NCBI RefSeq assembly: GCF_009914755.1
Contig: NC_060926.1
DNA: 64,000 nucleotides
Strand: one strand, 5' to 3'
Origin: the human T2T-CHM13v2.0 reference genome, Homo sapiens
The notes beneath the pieces are model-generated. The model did not search any database. It saw nothing but the letters and a program-made list of their open reading frames with translations, and was not told the DNA's origin. Numbering within the stretch: position 1 is the first letter of the stretch; each line of letters begins with the position of its first letter. Positions 1-13,853 of the stretch are shown piece after piece. Position numbers and translations under genes: made by a program.

Positions 1-197
1 CTCACTCTCCTTCCTCTGCTGTCCTCACCCCTCCTCATCTCTCTGCTGTCCTCACCTCTCCTCCCTCTGCTATCCTCATCTTCCTCCCTCAGCTGTCCTC
101 ACCTCTCCTCCTCCCTCTGCTGTCCTCACCCTCCTCCCTCAGCTGTCCTCACCTCTCCTCCTACCTCTGCTGTTCTCTCCCCTCCTCCTTCTGCTTA
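1..197. repeat. CT-rich degenerate minisatellite, ~8 units of 23-27 bp (CTCACCTCTCCTC[CTC]CCTCTGCTGTC), cut by the window edge
   Basis: Unit recurs directly in the sequence. Confidence 0.9.
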
Positions 198-580
198 TAC
201 AGCCCATAAACAGTGCTGGCAGCATCTTCTCTGATTGTGTCTCCTCCTTTAAAGCCCTATCCTGGGGCTGGTCACTGGAGTGGAAGCTGTCCAACTTACT
301 TAATTGTGAGTTCACTGTCACATTCAGAGAGGAGAACGGGCTTCACTTACTGTTTTTCTCTCTTGCATGACTGGGCCTCTGCCACTGATGACATTTGGCA
401 CTGCCCCCCTCCCTGCCTGAAGGCGAGCAGTGCCAGAGCCACTGTATTTAAAACACAGACACTCACTTCTTTTCTCAGGAGAAACAAGAGCCCTGCTTGG
501 AGAGTTGATTCACTCTGCAGCTGACCCTCAGGGGCTGGGCAGTTTGCAGCACTCTCTCTGACCAGCTTCTTGTGCCATAG

Positions 581-739
581 GCTTCTTGCAAAGGACCAAC
601 AGCCTGGAAGAGAAGAGTCGCCTTGTGAGTGCCTTCAAGGAGAGGCAATCCTCCAAGAACCTGCTTTCCTGTGAAAACAGCGACCGGGATGCCCGCTTCC
701 GGCGCACAGAGACTGACTTCTCTAATCTGTTTGCTAGAG
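581..739 (+). CDS. GAD1: GAD67 exon 4 (159 nt; [12 protein letters not shown]...FSNLFAR)
   Basis: Acceptor ccatag| and donor AGAG|gtagcc; translation matches the GAD67 N-terminal region. Confidence 0.97.
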
Positions 740-2055
740 GTAGCCCCTGCCCCACTCCCGCCCCATGCTAGCCAGTAGATTTCTTATTTGAGTTTCTTGA
801 CTTTTTCCTGCAATTTTACTTCTTTTATCAAGAAATGTCATTATTCTCTCTGAACCCACATGAAACTGCTTTTGTGACTTTGGGGGAATATAATTGACTC
901 CCTCCCTCCCTGCTGGCCAGGTCTCCATCATTTTGGAAACTGGATGAAGGCAGTCAATAAAAGTCAACTCTAAAGACACTCGAGGGAACAAATATGGATT
1001 CATAGACTCTCAGAGTCAAAGGAACCTTGCATATAAGAAAATCTAATGATTTCCTTAATAACGTTTATCCTGGAAGATTGGCCACACACATACACACAAA
1101 ATCACACTATGGGAAGTTGCATGCTGAGCCTCATAACCAACGAGTGTCCTGGAATTTGTTTTCCTTTCAGAGATGTTTTACTAACCCCTGCTGCCCCACA
1201 ACACTCATCTCAGGAGGTGCTTTACCAGTCTCTCCCAAACAGCTCATAGGTAGATCCGCTTCCATCCCCTTCTGTGAACTTCCCACAGGGCCACAGAAGG
1301 CAGACCAGAGTATTAAACAATATGTCACTAAAACCCTGGAGCTAACCCAGGAAGTCACAGAGAGTATCGTGCACAACTGCACAGCCTGCCTGTGAGCTAC
1401 AGAATTGGGCCCCTACAGCTTTTTTCCCTGCCTAACCTCTAGCCTGACTACTGCAGAGCCTGTCACCCAAAGTCACCTCTGGATATCTCAAAGTCCAGGC
1501 CCAAAAGGGTGGGGTCAAGAAAGAGGCAGGGGTTCCCTGTCCCACCTTCTTGAGCCCCATCTTCCAGCTCCAGTTTCCTGTCGAAGGACACCGCCAAGGA
1601 CCACCCTCCTCAGGGGGAACCCCAGCCTCTACCCACAGAGGCCTTACCCTCTGATGCCAACAGACCAAGCACATCACAACACCAAACCAGATAGACAGGG
1701 ACACACCTGGTCCCAGGGGAGCACGACAGATGCCCCCTCCATCACACTCCTCACAGGTGCCCATTCAACCTGCAGATGACAACCGCAGTCGCAGGTTGTT
1801 CACGGCGTCTCAGAGCACTTCATTCCATGTCTGAGCAGCCTGTCAGAAAGGCTGTGAACCCCCAGGAAGCATGTGCAAAACTTCTGTGTATGTGCATTTT
1901 TCTGGAGATGTGGTATATCCGATTCTCAGTGCACATACATATCCCAGAATGAAATCAGGCCTATACAGATAGCATGGTTAATATTAGGGGTCTCTGGGCT
2001 GAAGAAATCTAGATATGAGTCAGGTGAAAACCATTCATTGCTCTCCCCAATTCAG

Positions 2056-2298
2056 ATCTGCTTCCGGCTAAGAACGGTGAGGAGCAAACCGTGCAATTCC
2101 TCCTGGAAGTGGTGGACATACTCCTCAACTATGTCCGCAAGACATTTGATCGCTCCACCAAGGTGCTGGACTTTCATCACCCACACCAGTTGCTGGAAGG
2201 CATGGAGGGCTTCAACTTGGAGCTCTCTGACCACCCCGAGTCCCTGGAGCAGATCCTGGTTGACTGCAGAGACACCTTGAAGTATGGGGTTCGCACAG
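2056..2298 (+). CDS. GAD1: GAD67 exon 5 (243 nt; [11 protein letters not shown]...LKYGVRT)
   Basis: Acceptor ttcag|, donor CAG|gtaagg; in frame with exon 4. Confidence 0.98.
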
Positions 2299-2574
2299 GT
2301 AAGGAGGAGAGTTGGGTAGACAGGTAGTGGCAACTTTGCCCTCCATCTCACCCTTGCCAGTTGTGAGGATATCAAACTTGTGTTGGAAGAAAAACACAGC
2401 CCTGGTGAGATAAGGCGGCAAAGTACCCAGTGACCACAAGAACAAGCTTGGGCAGTAACAGTTGGTGGAGGGACCCGACCCAGGCAAAAGTTCATCAGCA
2501 TATATCATGGTAAAAGTAGATAAAAAAGATATAAATGCTTGGTGCTAGGTCAAGTTCTGTATAAAGAGTTTTCA

Positions 2575-3113
<539 letters not shown>

Positions 3114-3245
3114 CTAAAGAGAGCAGAATGACCCATCCTCTGCTTCTTTTCTTGCCTCCATTTTCAGGTCTATTTCATTCTGATAAATGCTGCCCTTGCC
3201 TGTCCCTGACACTGGGGAGAATTGGGCTATTTCCTCTCCCTTTCT

Positions 3246-3694
3246 GTATTAGTTTCCTAGGAATGCCATTATAAATGACCACAAATTGGATGGCTCAAAA
3301 CAATAGAAATTTGTTCTCTCACAATTCTGGAGGCTAGGAGTTTAAAATCAAGGTGCTGGCTATGCTCTCTCTGATGGCTCTTGGAGAGGATCCACCCTTG
3401 TCTTTACCAGCTTCCAGGTGTTGTGGATATTCCTTGGCATTTGTTGGCTTGTAGATGCATCGCTCCAACCTCTGCCTTCACTTCACATGGCCTTCATCCT
3501 GTGTGTGTGTCCAAATTTCTCTCTCCTTATAAGAATGCCAGTCGTTGGATTAAGGCCCACCCCAATCCAGCATGACCTCATCTTAACATGATTACATCCG
3601 CAAAGACCCGATTTCCAAATAAGGTCACATTCACAGGAACCAGGGATTAGGACTTGAACATATCTTTTTGAGGAACACAATTCAACCCATGACA
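3246..3694 (-). mobile_element. MaLR solo LTR (MLT1C-like)
   Basis: Reverse strand starts TGTCATGGGTTGAATTGTGT...GTGAATGTGACCTTATTTGGAAAT, typical of MLT1B/C; TG...CA termini. Confidence 0.8.
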
Positions 3695-3749
3695 CCTTTT
3701 ACCAGCTAGGCCAAAAAGACACATGCACACACAGGCCAAAAAGACACAG

Positions 3750-3760
3750 GCACACATGCG

Positions 3761-3813
<53 letters not shown>

Positions 3814-3819
3814 ACATGC
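3750..3819. repeat. Compound (CG)n-(CA)n alternating purine-pyrimidine tract
   Basis: cacacatgcgcgcgcgcgcacacaca... Confidence 0.95.
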
Positions 3820-4840
3820 CTTCTCATTCTACTGCAACTTCTGGAACTTAGGACACTCTGAGTCACCAAATTCTATTTCCAGTGGGAGTCCTTGAGGATG
3901 TCCTCTTGCCTCCTTTTCTTGTTCCAGGAGCTCTCTCTAATCAGCAATCCTCATCAAAGCAGTTGCTTTCCAATTGCCTCCAGTTCAAGGACTTTGGGGC
4001 CTCTGTCTGAGATGCTTAGAAACAGCTCAGACTGTGGACTAAGCCCAGGAGTGACACAGTGGTTTCTTCTCCCTATAACTCTCTCCACACTACAGTCTGG
4101 CTTTCCTGAGCTCTCAGGCAGACAGATCTAGAATAATTGACAGTCCCTAGCTTAGTTGCCACCACAGGGGAAGCCCCAAGGCCACAACTGGCAATCCTGT
4201 GTTCTTTCTTCTTCTTTGTCTCTCCTTCTTTATTTTCGCTCTCATTCTTCCTCGTCATTTGAAGATAGATTTAAGACTGAGACTAGGAGGCTGGTGGTGA
4301 TAGAGCTGAGTAAGACTATTGGATGTCAAAAACAAAGTGTTATAATGAAATAATGATGCTGGCCAAAGATGCTTTTTAAAATGAGGAATCCCAGAGAGCT
4401 GCTGAGGTCTGCCAACACCACTGGAATAAGTGCAGCTTCATTAAATGACTGATGGATACACAAGACTCAGTTATATGTACAAAATTTATGTTGTTTGATT
4501 TTTAAAGAAAAGCACTCTATCAATTTACATTTAGTTACTTCTCATCTTGGTCAGATGGCTAATATATTCCTAATGGAAAACAAATAGTGTTATTCGGCTG
4601 CATTTTAAAAAGAGTCAGAATTCCCCATGTATGTTTAGCTTGACTTGCTTTGGTGTGATATTTTGAACTTTGCCAGTTTGCTCTACATGCGCTTTCTCAG
4701 AGAGATGAGAACTACATCATTTCATTATGAAAGCCCAGAATGGCGTTGTCCCTCAAATAAAAATACATGATTTTGTCATAATATCAACTAATATTATCTA
4801 CAAAACCAAAGCATCTTGTGGTCAGAGAAAGCACTGACGG

Positions 4841-5140
<300 letters not shown>

Positions 5141-5878
5141 AAGCATTGACTTTCATTAGTCCAGTGTATGAACCCACTTAGGTACTTAGCCTGCAAACAT
5201 TCATTTTTGTTCCTCAGAGTTGCTTCTTGGGGCAGATATTTGTCTTTACAGAGTTCACAGTCTTCCAAGCAATATGAAACCTCCTGCTATATCTCAGGAT
5301 TTTGGCCCTGATAAAAGCATGCTGTTGCTGCCGTGTCAAAACAGCTCCTGGTTGCTGATGTGGAATTTAAGCATAGATAAGGAGCAATAGGGTAAACCCC
5401 ACAGGTAGCTACACACAGTAGAAAGTATTTTTTCAAGGATATTAATGCATTAATAGGCTCAGCCAAAATAATGAATTGGGTTTTAATAGTGAAAACATAC
5501 TGATCCGGGTATAGTCTGTGAAGAGATGATGATGGCATTTAGAAATTTCTCTATAAATTAATAAAAGACTTCTTTTAAAAAATGAACCAGCCTATAGAGA
5601 TTTCCCATGAACTAACAGGCACCAGTCAGCCTTCAGCCACAGCAGCTACTTAAGTGATTTGTAGATATGCTGGACTCCCTTCGTTGTTCTTTTTAAAACT
5701 TTTTCTTATGGAAAATTTTAAACTTATACAAAAGTAGAATCCTATAATGAACCCTATAAACCTAATGCCCTGCTTTATTATCAGCTTTTACCTGTACCGC
5801 CATCCATTCCCCATCACCTACATTACATGAAAGCAAATCCCCAACATAATATTATTGTATCCATAAATATTCATTCTT

Positions 5879-6195
<317 letters not shown>

Positions 6196-7881
6196 TAAGA
6201 ACTTTTTTTAAAAAAGTCCACAATGTCATTGTCATACCTGAAAAGAAAAATTTATAGCTCCTTAATGAAATATTTAGTCAGTTTTCAAATTTCCAATTGT
6301 ATCATGAACGTCATAAATGCTTTTAGTTAATTAAACTCATTTGAATCAGGATCCAAATAAGTTTCTTACATGCAGTTGTTTGCCTTGTCTCCTAATCAAG
6401 AGATCTCCCCCTCCAACTCTTCTTTTTTTTCTTGTAGTTTATTTGTAGGAAAACTTTGCTTTAAAAAATAATTCTTTCCTTCTCCCCCTACCTGAATTTA
6501 GGCCATGAGCGGCCCAGCACCATATCTATCATCTGCTACTTTCATCCAATATAGAGAATTGAAATTCAAATTGAAACTATTTTGTTACTTAATAGAAATT
6601 CTGATAGATATAAGATTTGGGGGCACAAGGTTGTAACCATAAGCTAAAAATAAGATTTTGAAGGACTTTGTGTCCTTTATATTTTAATGGACAAAGAGAT
6701 ACTATTTCACTTTGTGTTAATCTCTCTGTCTTTGTCCATCTTTTGTTTCTGCCAAGCTGTATGGTTTTGATACATTATCAAATAGTGTGATTGCATTTAT
6801 TTACCATTCAGTCTTGTCTTAAAATGAAGTGTTATTGTTAAAAGTTTTTAAATGGATATTGCATATATATTTTAATGGCTTTCAATACAATGTGTTGTTT
6901 CAAAAGACCTCAGATTCTGTTGGCAATGAGCAAAGTAGAGTAACATGGAATCATTTAACTATCTAGGATAGTCCACATGAATATCTAGAATATGGCCCCA
7001 TACTTAAACTAAGTTTACTAGTTATGCTTCTTTTAGTTTTTTCTAAAAAACAGTATTATTTTGTGAGGGCTCTTAAGATGCAGAGACTGGTATCTTCTGA
7101 TATGAGAAGTCATAGTCCAGATGTTCTGAATCACATCTAGGGAAGAATAGAGATTCTCAGAGAGGAGAGTTAGACCAGGAACATTCTAACACTAGCTCTC
7201 TGACCGTTTTTGGTTGTTTTTCTTTTTTTTTTTTTCAGAAGCAAAGGCAATTTCCACTGGAAACACAGCAGTCAGCATATCTTTCTAACACCAGTTCCCA
7301 GCCACACGTCCCTAGATAATCTATTGCGTTGACTCCTTCCTGACAGCTGAGCCAAGCCTGCTGATGTGGAGTTGAGTTTTCCGTTGAATGCTAAGTTGGC
7401 AAAAACTTGGCAACAATCCTGAATTTGCTGAGAGCAAAGCCTGTTAAAGCATACTGTGGGTTGCACAGGGATTTAGAGTTACGTAGCAAAAGCAATTATT
7501 TCACCAACAACTGAATGAGTGAAATAGGCTGCCCATTTCACAGAGGAGAGCTAAGTTATCTCAGCCATAAATTTAATTTGAAGGTCATTTTACTATATAT
7601 ATATTGGCAAAACACATCAAAACACAAAACACTGGAAAGCATGATTTGTTTCATGATACTGGATATTATTCTTTAAAAGCACGATGCTTTAGAAACATAG
7701 AAGTTTGAGGGACATTATGAATGTTAATGTTGGTATAGGGTGGGTCAACCTGCCCTTCCTTTTTCAATATCCTTGAGCAGCCTTATTCGACATATCACTG
7801 GGATGGAAGCCCCATCAGTGTGACCCAGTGGGGCAGGCCGTTTGCCTTCAAGATAGGTTGAGAAATCTGCATTTGCCTTGA

Positions 7882-7995
<114 letters not shown>

Positions 7996-10443
7996 TAAGT
8001 CTCATATGTTTTCATATAAGCAACCCTGATGTATGACTATGGCTTGTTGCTTTAAAAGTTCAGTCCCAGTGGTTCTATTTTATTAAAGTTTCCCTGGTCA
8101 TTTTTTCTCTTAAAATCTTTAGGTTTATCACAGTTCTGATTTAATGGTAAATACTTGATAAACTATTGTTGAATTTAATAATGGAATTTAAGGAAAGCAT
8201 GGTCATGAGAAATAATAACTCTAACTTCCAAAATGTAGTCTTGAAATTTCATGTTAAAAGACCCATTTCTGTTAATGGTGTATCTAAAGAGGTTATGTTT
8301 TGAGGTATGATCTTGGTTTTACCTTTTTCCACCCAAGCACATTGGTCCTTATCATTTAGGTCATGTTTCTTCCATAATTAAAGCAGCCATAAACCCACAA
8401 ACCAATTTGATCAACCTATTGCTTAACTAAAAATTCTAAAACAAAATTCAGCCGATACTGATACAGTATATATTCTTTTCAAAATAAGTGATTGTTTTTC
8501 TAAATGTGACATTTTTTCATACTTGTTTGTGTAGGCAAAGCCTTCCTTTGTTTCTAAGTTCTTGAAAATTTACACAAAACTGACTCTGAGGTCCTGTAGG
8601 GTATGGGGTAGAAGTACTACCTGGGTAGTCTTATAGCAATCATCCCAGATTTTCCTCTACATGCATGTGCCCTCTTTTAAGAAAATGTCAGATTACTAAT
8701 CGATGGAGGGGCCATCAGAGTACTGCCTTTGCTCTCAACACTAATGACAATGTTTTACCAGTATCTATACATCCAGACAATGGCACTACATCCTATTAAA
8801 GTATCCAAAGGAAAATAACAAAACAAATATCTTATAATAATTTAAAAACAACTATATAAGAATTACATGGGTGTCCATCACTGTGGAAATATTCAGAAAA
8901 TAGCCACTCACTTTTTAAGTTCATAGAAAAGTAGATTCCAAAAAATGAATTTAGGTAAAAGGGTAGTATTGCTTAAAATGAGAAAATCCATTTGATATCA
9001 AGATAGAACGTAAATTACTGAAGTTTAAGGTAGTCTGTTTTTCTTAAACTGCTCTCAGCCAGAAAACCTGAAGGGCATTTAAAATTATATAGTGACCCAT
9101 ATGTATTCTAAAGCTGTTTAATGCTGTGACTCAGAATACTTAACTATATTCAGAAAAGTTTCTATTAATTAAGGATTCCTGTTTTCTTGGCTAATTTAAA
9201 ACAACAGTGACAAATTTTAAAGAGCAAATGTGACAAGTGAAGCCTCTGGTGGTAAAAAAGCATAAAAGATTAAACTGATTGAAAAACTAAAACGATGTTC
9301 ATGCTCCCTGCTTGCAGGTCATGGTTAGCTTCACAGACTGTCCATGTTGGGTCACTGAGATTTGGAAGAGCCAAGAGGAATACAGGTCAAAGATACAGTT
9401 GCTTGGAATTTGAACAAAAAGCTCCATTTAGCAATCTTTACTGTACTGTGATTTTTGAGATAAAAATATACCAGCCAGCACAGACATCATAGTAGAGTTA
9501 ATTATAACTTGAGAAAAGACACTAATGTTTAATTGTAGTATCTAGCACTAAGGAACAATTTAAATTAGGAAATATAGTTGTTGTTTTTAACTCAACCATT
9601 TGGAAAATAAGTGAGGAAAACAGAGTAAAAGATACATATCTATTAAAGTCCAAGTACCCATATTAATACAAGCACTGAATTTACTCAGCACCTTTAAGTG
9701 TGTGTTCTGCAGGGCACTCAGCTGCTTTTTCCATGTATATATATGTCTCCAATCTCAAGGTAAATAACGGACCTCCCCCCTTTCAACCACTTATGACCAG
9801 ATATTCCTAAACCAGAAAAATCCCACAAATTCTCCTTTTTTGGCATGTGTTCATAAAACCAAAGTCCCTTACTCTTCTCTTAGCTCAGCTGCAAAACACT
9901 AAAATGTGTCCCAGCCATCTGAGGTCAAGGCCAATCCAACTAAATGACATGTAGTAATTGCAGCTGTACTTGAATGGGAGATATTTATAAAATATGACCG
10001 ATTCCAACAGATCGATAGAGAAGGTTATTTAAAATAGCAAAATAGTTTCTGTCAGTTCTGGAGACAAGGCATTGTCTGAAGAAGCAATAACTATTATCTA
10101 GAAATTGTTCTAAGCCAGTTGCCCTGGAAGATCATGAAATGTGGCAGCACTGTCAGGAGCTGAGGCAAAATTTGCTCCCTTGTGACAATTCCTTCTCCAG
10201 TCGGGAACAGTGTTCAAAATAAGTCTGGGAAAGAATGGCAAAAGGATCTTTCTATGGCAGTGCAGGATTTATTTAGTGATAATGCCTGGTTTTTGGTCCT
10301 GTACTCTCATTGAATTTAGGTGGCACCTGACATAGAAAATAAGAACTATATTCCTCAGTCATAGCCTCTTAAAAAGAACGATCCAATAACCTGACACAGG
10401 TGCAAAGTGCAAGGTGTCTGACTATTAGAATAGAAAGATGGTA

Positions 10444-10756
<313 letters not shown>

Positions 10757-11159
10757 TTACACCTGTTTCTGCACATAGCTGTGCAGTATATTCTTCTTCT
10801 AAGCAACGACCCAGTGAAGATCCAAACAAAAGTTCACAAATATGTAGTTATCCAAGGCACATACAGCTCTTTTCTTCCAGAACAGGGCCACCAAGCACAA
10901 TTGCGCAGGTAGGGCCCGAGTGTAAACAACAGCCTGCCCTCAAACATCTAATGGCAATACATAATCTTAATGGCAAGATCTATCATAACCCTTTGCTATG
11001 AGGTTATGATTTCAAGTATCTAGCACTTTATTTTCATAGAAAATATCCAGGAGAAATTCTCTATGGGAGTTATTCATCATTTTACACCACCGGGCAGGTC
11101 ATTAGATAGGAGCCTGCAGTAAGCAGTTCTCGTTTGTCATGGAAAAGCAGCTGTGACAT

Positions 11160-11340
11160 AGACTTGGAATTCTGCTTAAACACACTAACTCGGAGATCTT
11201 AAAACAAACCACTGAATTTCTCTGAACCTCAGTTTTCTCATCAGGAAAATGGAGGATAATAGTATCCATCCTACAGAGTGGTTCTGAAGACTAAAAATGG
11301 CTCCAGTCCTAAGTGCCTAGCGTATACAAGGTACAGTGTT
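11160..11340. mobile_element. MIR fragment
   Basis: Core ctctgaacctcagttttctcatc...aaaatggaggataatagta. Confidence 0.7.
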
Positions 11341-11714
11341 TGCACCTAGGAAAGGCAACCACCGCACAGTCACTGTTGCTATTTGAGACTTTCCTGACTC
11401 TTTTATTTCTGTCTCTCATCATCTGGACAGTAGAGTGTTTCCCTAAGCTCCCCTCAGCTATGTTACCTTTTAAGGTGAAGATGTACTACCTGCCACATCT
11501 GTAAGGAGAAGTCAAGAGGAGTATCAGGATAGAGTCAGCATGGAAGATTATTTCTCTCATTAAAGAAGTTCCCAGTTTGACAGTCACCAGGGATCCAGAT
11601 TTTGTGTGCCTTTCTAATCCCTATTGTAGCACATGGCTCCCATCCTCAAAGTTGCATTATGGTGCAGCCTGGCTGCTGGAGCTCCAGCCATCACTCCGGT
11701 GTTCCAGAACTCAG

Positions 11715-11806
11715 AAAGGAAGGGAGGGAGGGAGGAAGGGAGGAAGGGAGGAAAGGAGGGAGGTAGGGAAGGGAGGGAGGGAGGGAGGGAGGGAAGGGCA
11801 AAAGAG
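11715..11806. repeat. (GGAG/GGAA)n polypurine tract, probably inside an old MLT1-type LTR
   Basis: Read directly; flank ggctgctggagctccagccatcac resembles old MLT1. Confidence 0.85.
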
Positions 11807-12518
11807 ACATACTCCTCTTTGATTAAAAAAAAATTAAAAAAAAAACCTTCTCAGAGGTCTCACACATTTCCATAAAGCCTCTTTAGCCAGAACTTAGTCC
11901 AAGACCACACCAAAAAAGGGTAGAAAATATAGTCTTCGATCAGAGTGAACAGCAACCCTAAATAAAATTTAACAAAGCAAGGGAAAATTGATATGGGTAG
12001 CAACAAGCAGACTCTGCCACACAAGAACTACAGCTTGTTGACAGTCAATTTGCCTTCGCTCTGAGTGAACTCCTCCGGGAAGGTGAGTTGAACCACTGCA
12101 AAAGGGCTGACTCACTTCCCTACTCGGAATATAGACATGCTCAGAATGCTCCTCTAGTGTCACTCCATGAATGCCACCATCCTACTGTTTTAAATCTTTA
12201 CTTCCAATCCCATGTTCTTATGCTTCAACCCAGAGCTTCTGGCAGGTTTAGTTTCTGGTTCTGACTCTGAAATGTAATCTTGTACTTTGACTTTAGCATC
12301 TAACCAGCTTCTTCTGAATTCATATTTGACCTTTGATCTCTTGACTTCATTTGCTTTCCTCAGTCATTTAGGAAAACAGTACCCAACCTGGAATCTAGGT
12401 TGCAAGAGAAGAATCTCCTATAGTTCTATACAAAATGATGTGCCTATCTTCATTTTTTACTTGGAGAGAAGGACTACAGATTTCCTAGGATTCCCAAAGG
12501 GATCTGTAATCCCAATTA

Positions 12519-12680
<162 letters not shown>

Positions 12681-13679
12681 AAATTTTTAAAAACTGCTTT
12701 GGTGAACTACAAGGCCTTCTTTAAGAGTGCAGCTGCACAGATTGTAAACATGGCCCAGGATGGGGCAGCAGGGTCAGAAGAAGTGTCAGGAATGAAGAAC
12801 ACCATGTCAGCCCATTTGTCAGGCCTGGCTGTGGATCAGCAGCCATGGACTGATATACTAGCTTTCAGGAGAGAGTGTCAGGCCTAAGCTAATAAGTCAG
12901 GAAAAGAGTGGAAAATTGGTCCTTTAGACTCAGGCAGGGACTATCAAACAGGATACAGCTAAGGCCAAGAACCAGATGCTAGAATCATCCTAGTAGGTTT
13001 CCTCCTCAAGGTTGAGAATGGTGTCTTCTAATATCTTAGTTTCCTTAGTACATAGGATGTCACCTGGCAGAGAATAGCCACTCAGTAAGTATTTGTTGAA
13101 TAGAACTGAAAGAAAGTTTAGGAATCAGGTACCTGGCATAGATAAGGAACCTGAAATAGATTAGATCAGTTAAGCTCATGATAAACTCTCTAGACTCTTC
13201 CTCCTAATCCTGAGAGTAATGGCCATGTTCCTGGTCCTTGGGGAGGCTAATTCATGCAAACCTTGGGCCTAATTGGTTTTAAATCTGAAGCATGGAGTGG
13301 GACCTATGCCTGATATTCAGTCCCATTCCCTCTCCCTTGTCCATGTGGTTCCTGCCTGGCCAACACTGACTTGATCCTAAGCCAACTTTCATCCAGTCTT
13401 TGATATGGTTCTGATATTACGGTATGTGATTTCATTTGTTCCTTGCCTTACCCCAGAGAGCTTTCTTATATAGTACTGGGAGATTCTAGCACAGACACTG
13501 CCACCAGTATCTCCTCGCCATGCAAACATTTTTGTCATGTCAACATTTCCAAAAACCAGTGGAACCATTAATAACACATTTGTTCAAGAATGGTTAAAAG
13601 CCCATCATGAGTTTGCCTCTTGGTACACTTGGCAGCACAGGCTAAACCAGGAATCCTTCTCTTCTTCTTCCTTTATCAG

Positions 13680-13716
13680 GCCATCAGACATGAGGGAGTG
13701 TTGGTTGCTACGGTGA
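13680..13716 (+). CDS. GAD1: GAD25-specific C-terminal coding segment (M|PSDMRECWLLR*) of the alternative embryonic exon
   Basis: Pyrimidine tract then ttatcag| acceptor; same phase as the end of exon 6; TGA at 13714-13716 gives a 224-aa protein, matching my recollection of GAD25. Confidence 0.93.
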
Positions 13717-13765
13717 TGGGGCTCAGAGCAGAACCAAAGCATGATTGTGACCTCCAGAGGTGATG
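13680..13765 (+). other. GAD1: Alternative cassette exon with donors after 13759 (80 nt) and 13765 (86 nt); TGATG stop/start at 13714-13718
   Basis: AGAG|gtgatg and ATG|gtaact donors 6 nt apart; lengths equal the I-80/I-86 embryonic GAD inserts described in rodents. Confidence 0.88.
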
Positions 13766-13847
13766 GTAACTGCACACATGGTTTCCAAGGGTCTTCCTCC
13801 TAAATTTCCAGGGGCCTCCCAAGGAAAATGGACATATTCTTTTTGGA

Positions 13848-13853
13848 AATAAA
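13848..13853 (+). terminator. GAD1: Intronic poly(A) signal for the short GAD25 transcript
   Basis: AATAAA about 130 nt after the GAD25 stop; T-rich tract at ~13889-13905. Confidence 0.8.

Noticed and set aside
1027-1779. Cluster of 110-124-aa ORFs in intron 4
   Set aside because: No recognisable homology, motifs or exon structure
1824-1837. 14-mer TCCATGTCTGAGCA also found at ~52803
   Set aside because: Too short and barely extends; compatible with chance in 64 kb
2052-2508. Antisense ORFs over exon 5 (similar ones over exons 4, 8, 12, 14 and 17)
   Set aside because: Shadow frames of the GAD1 coding sequence; no independent gene signals
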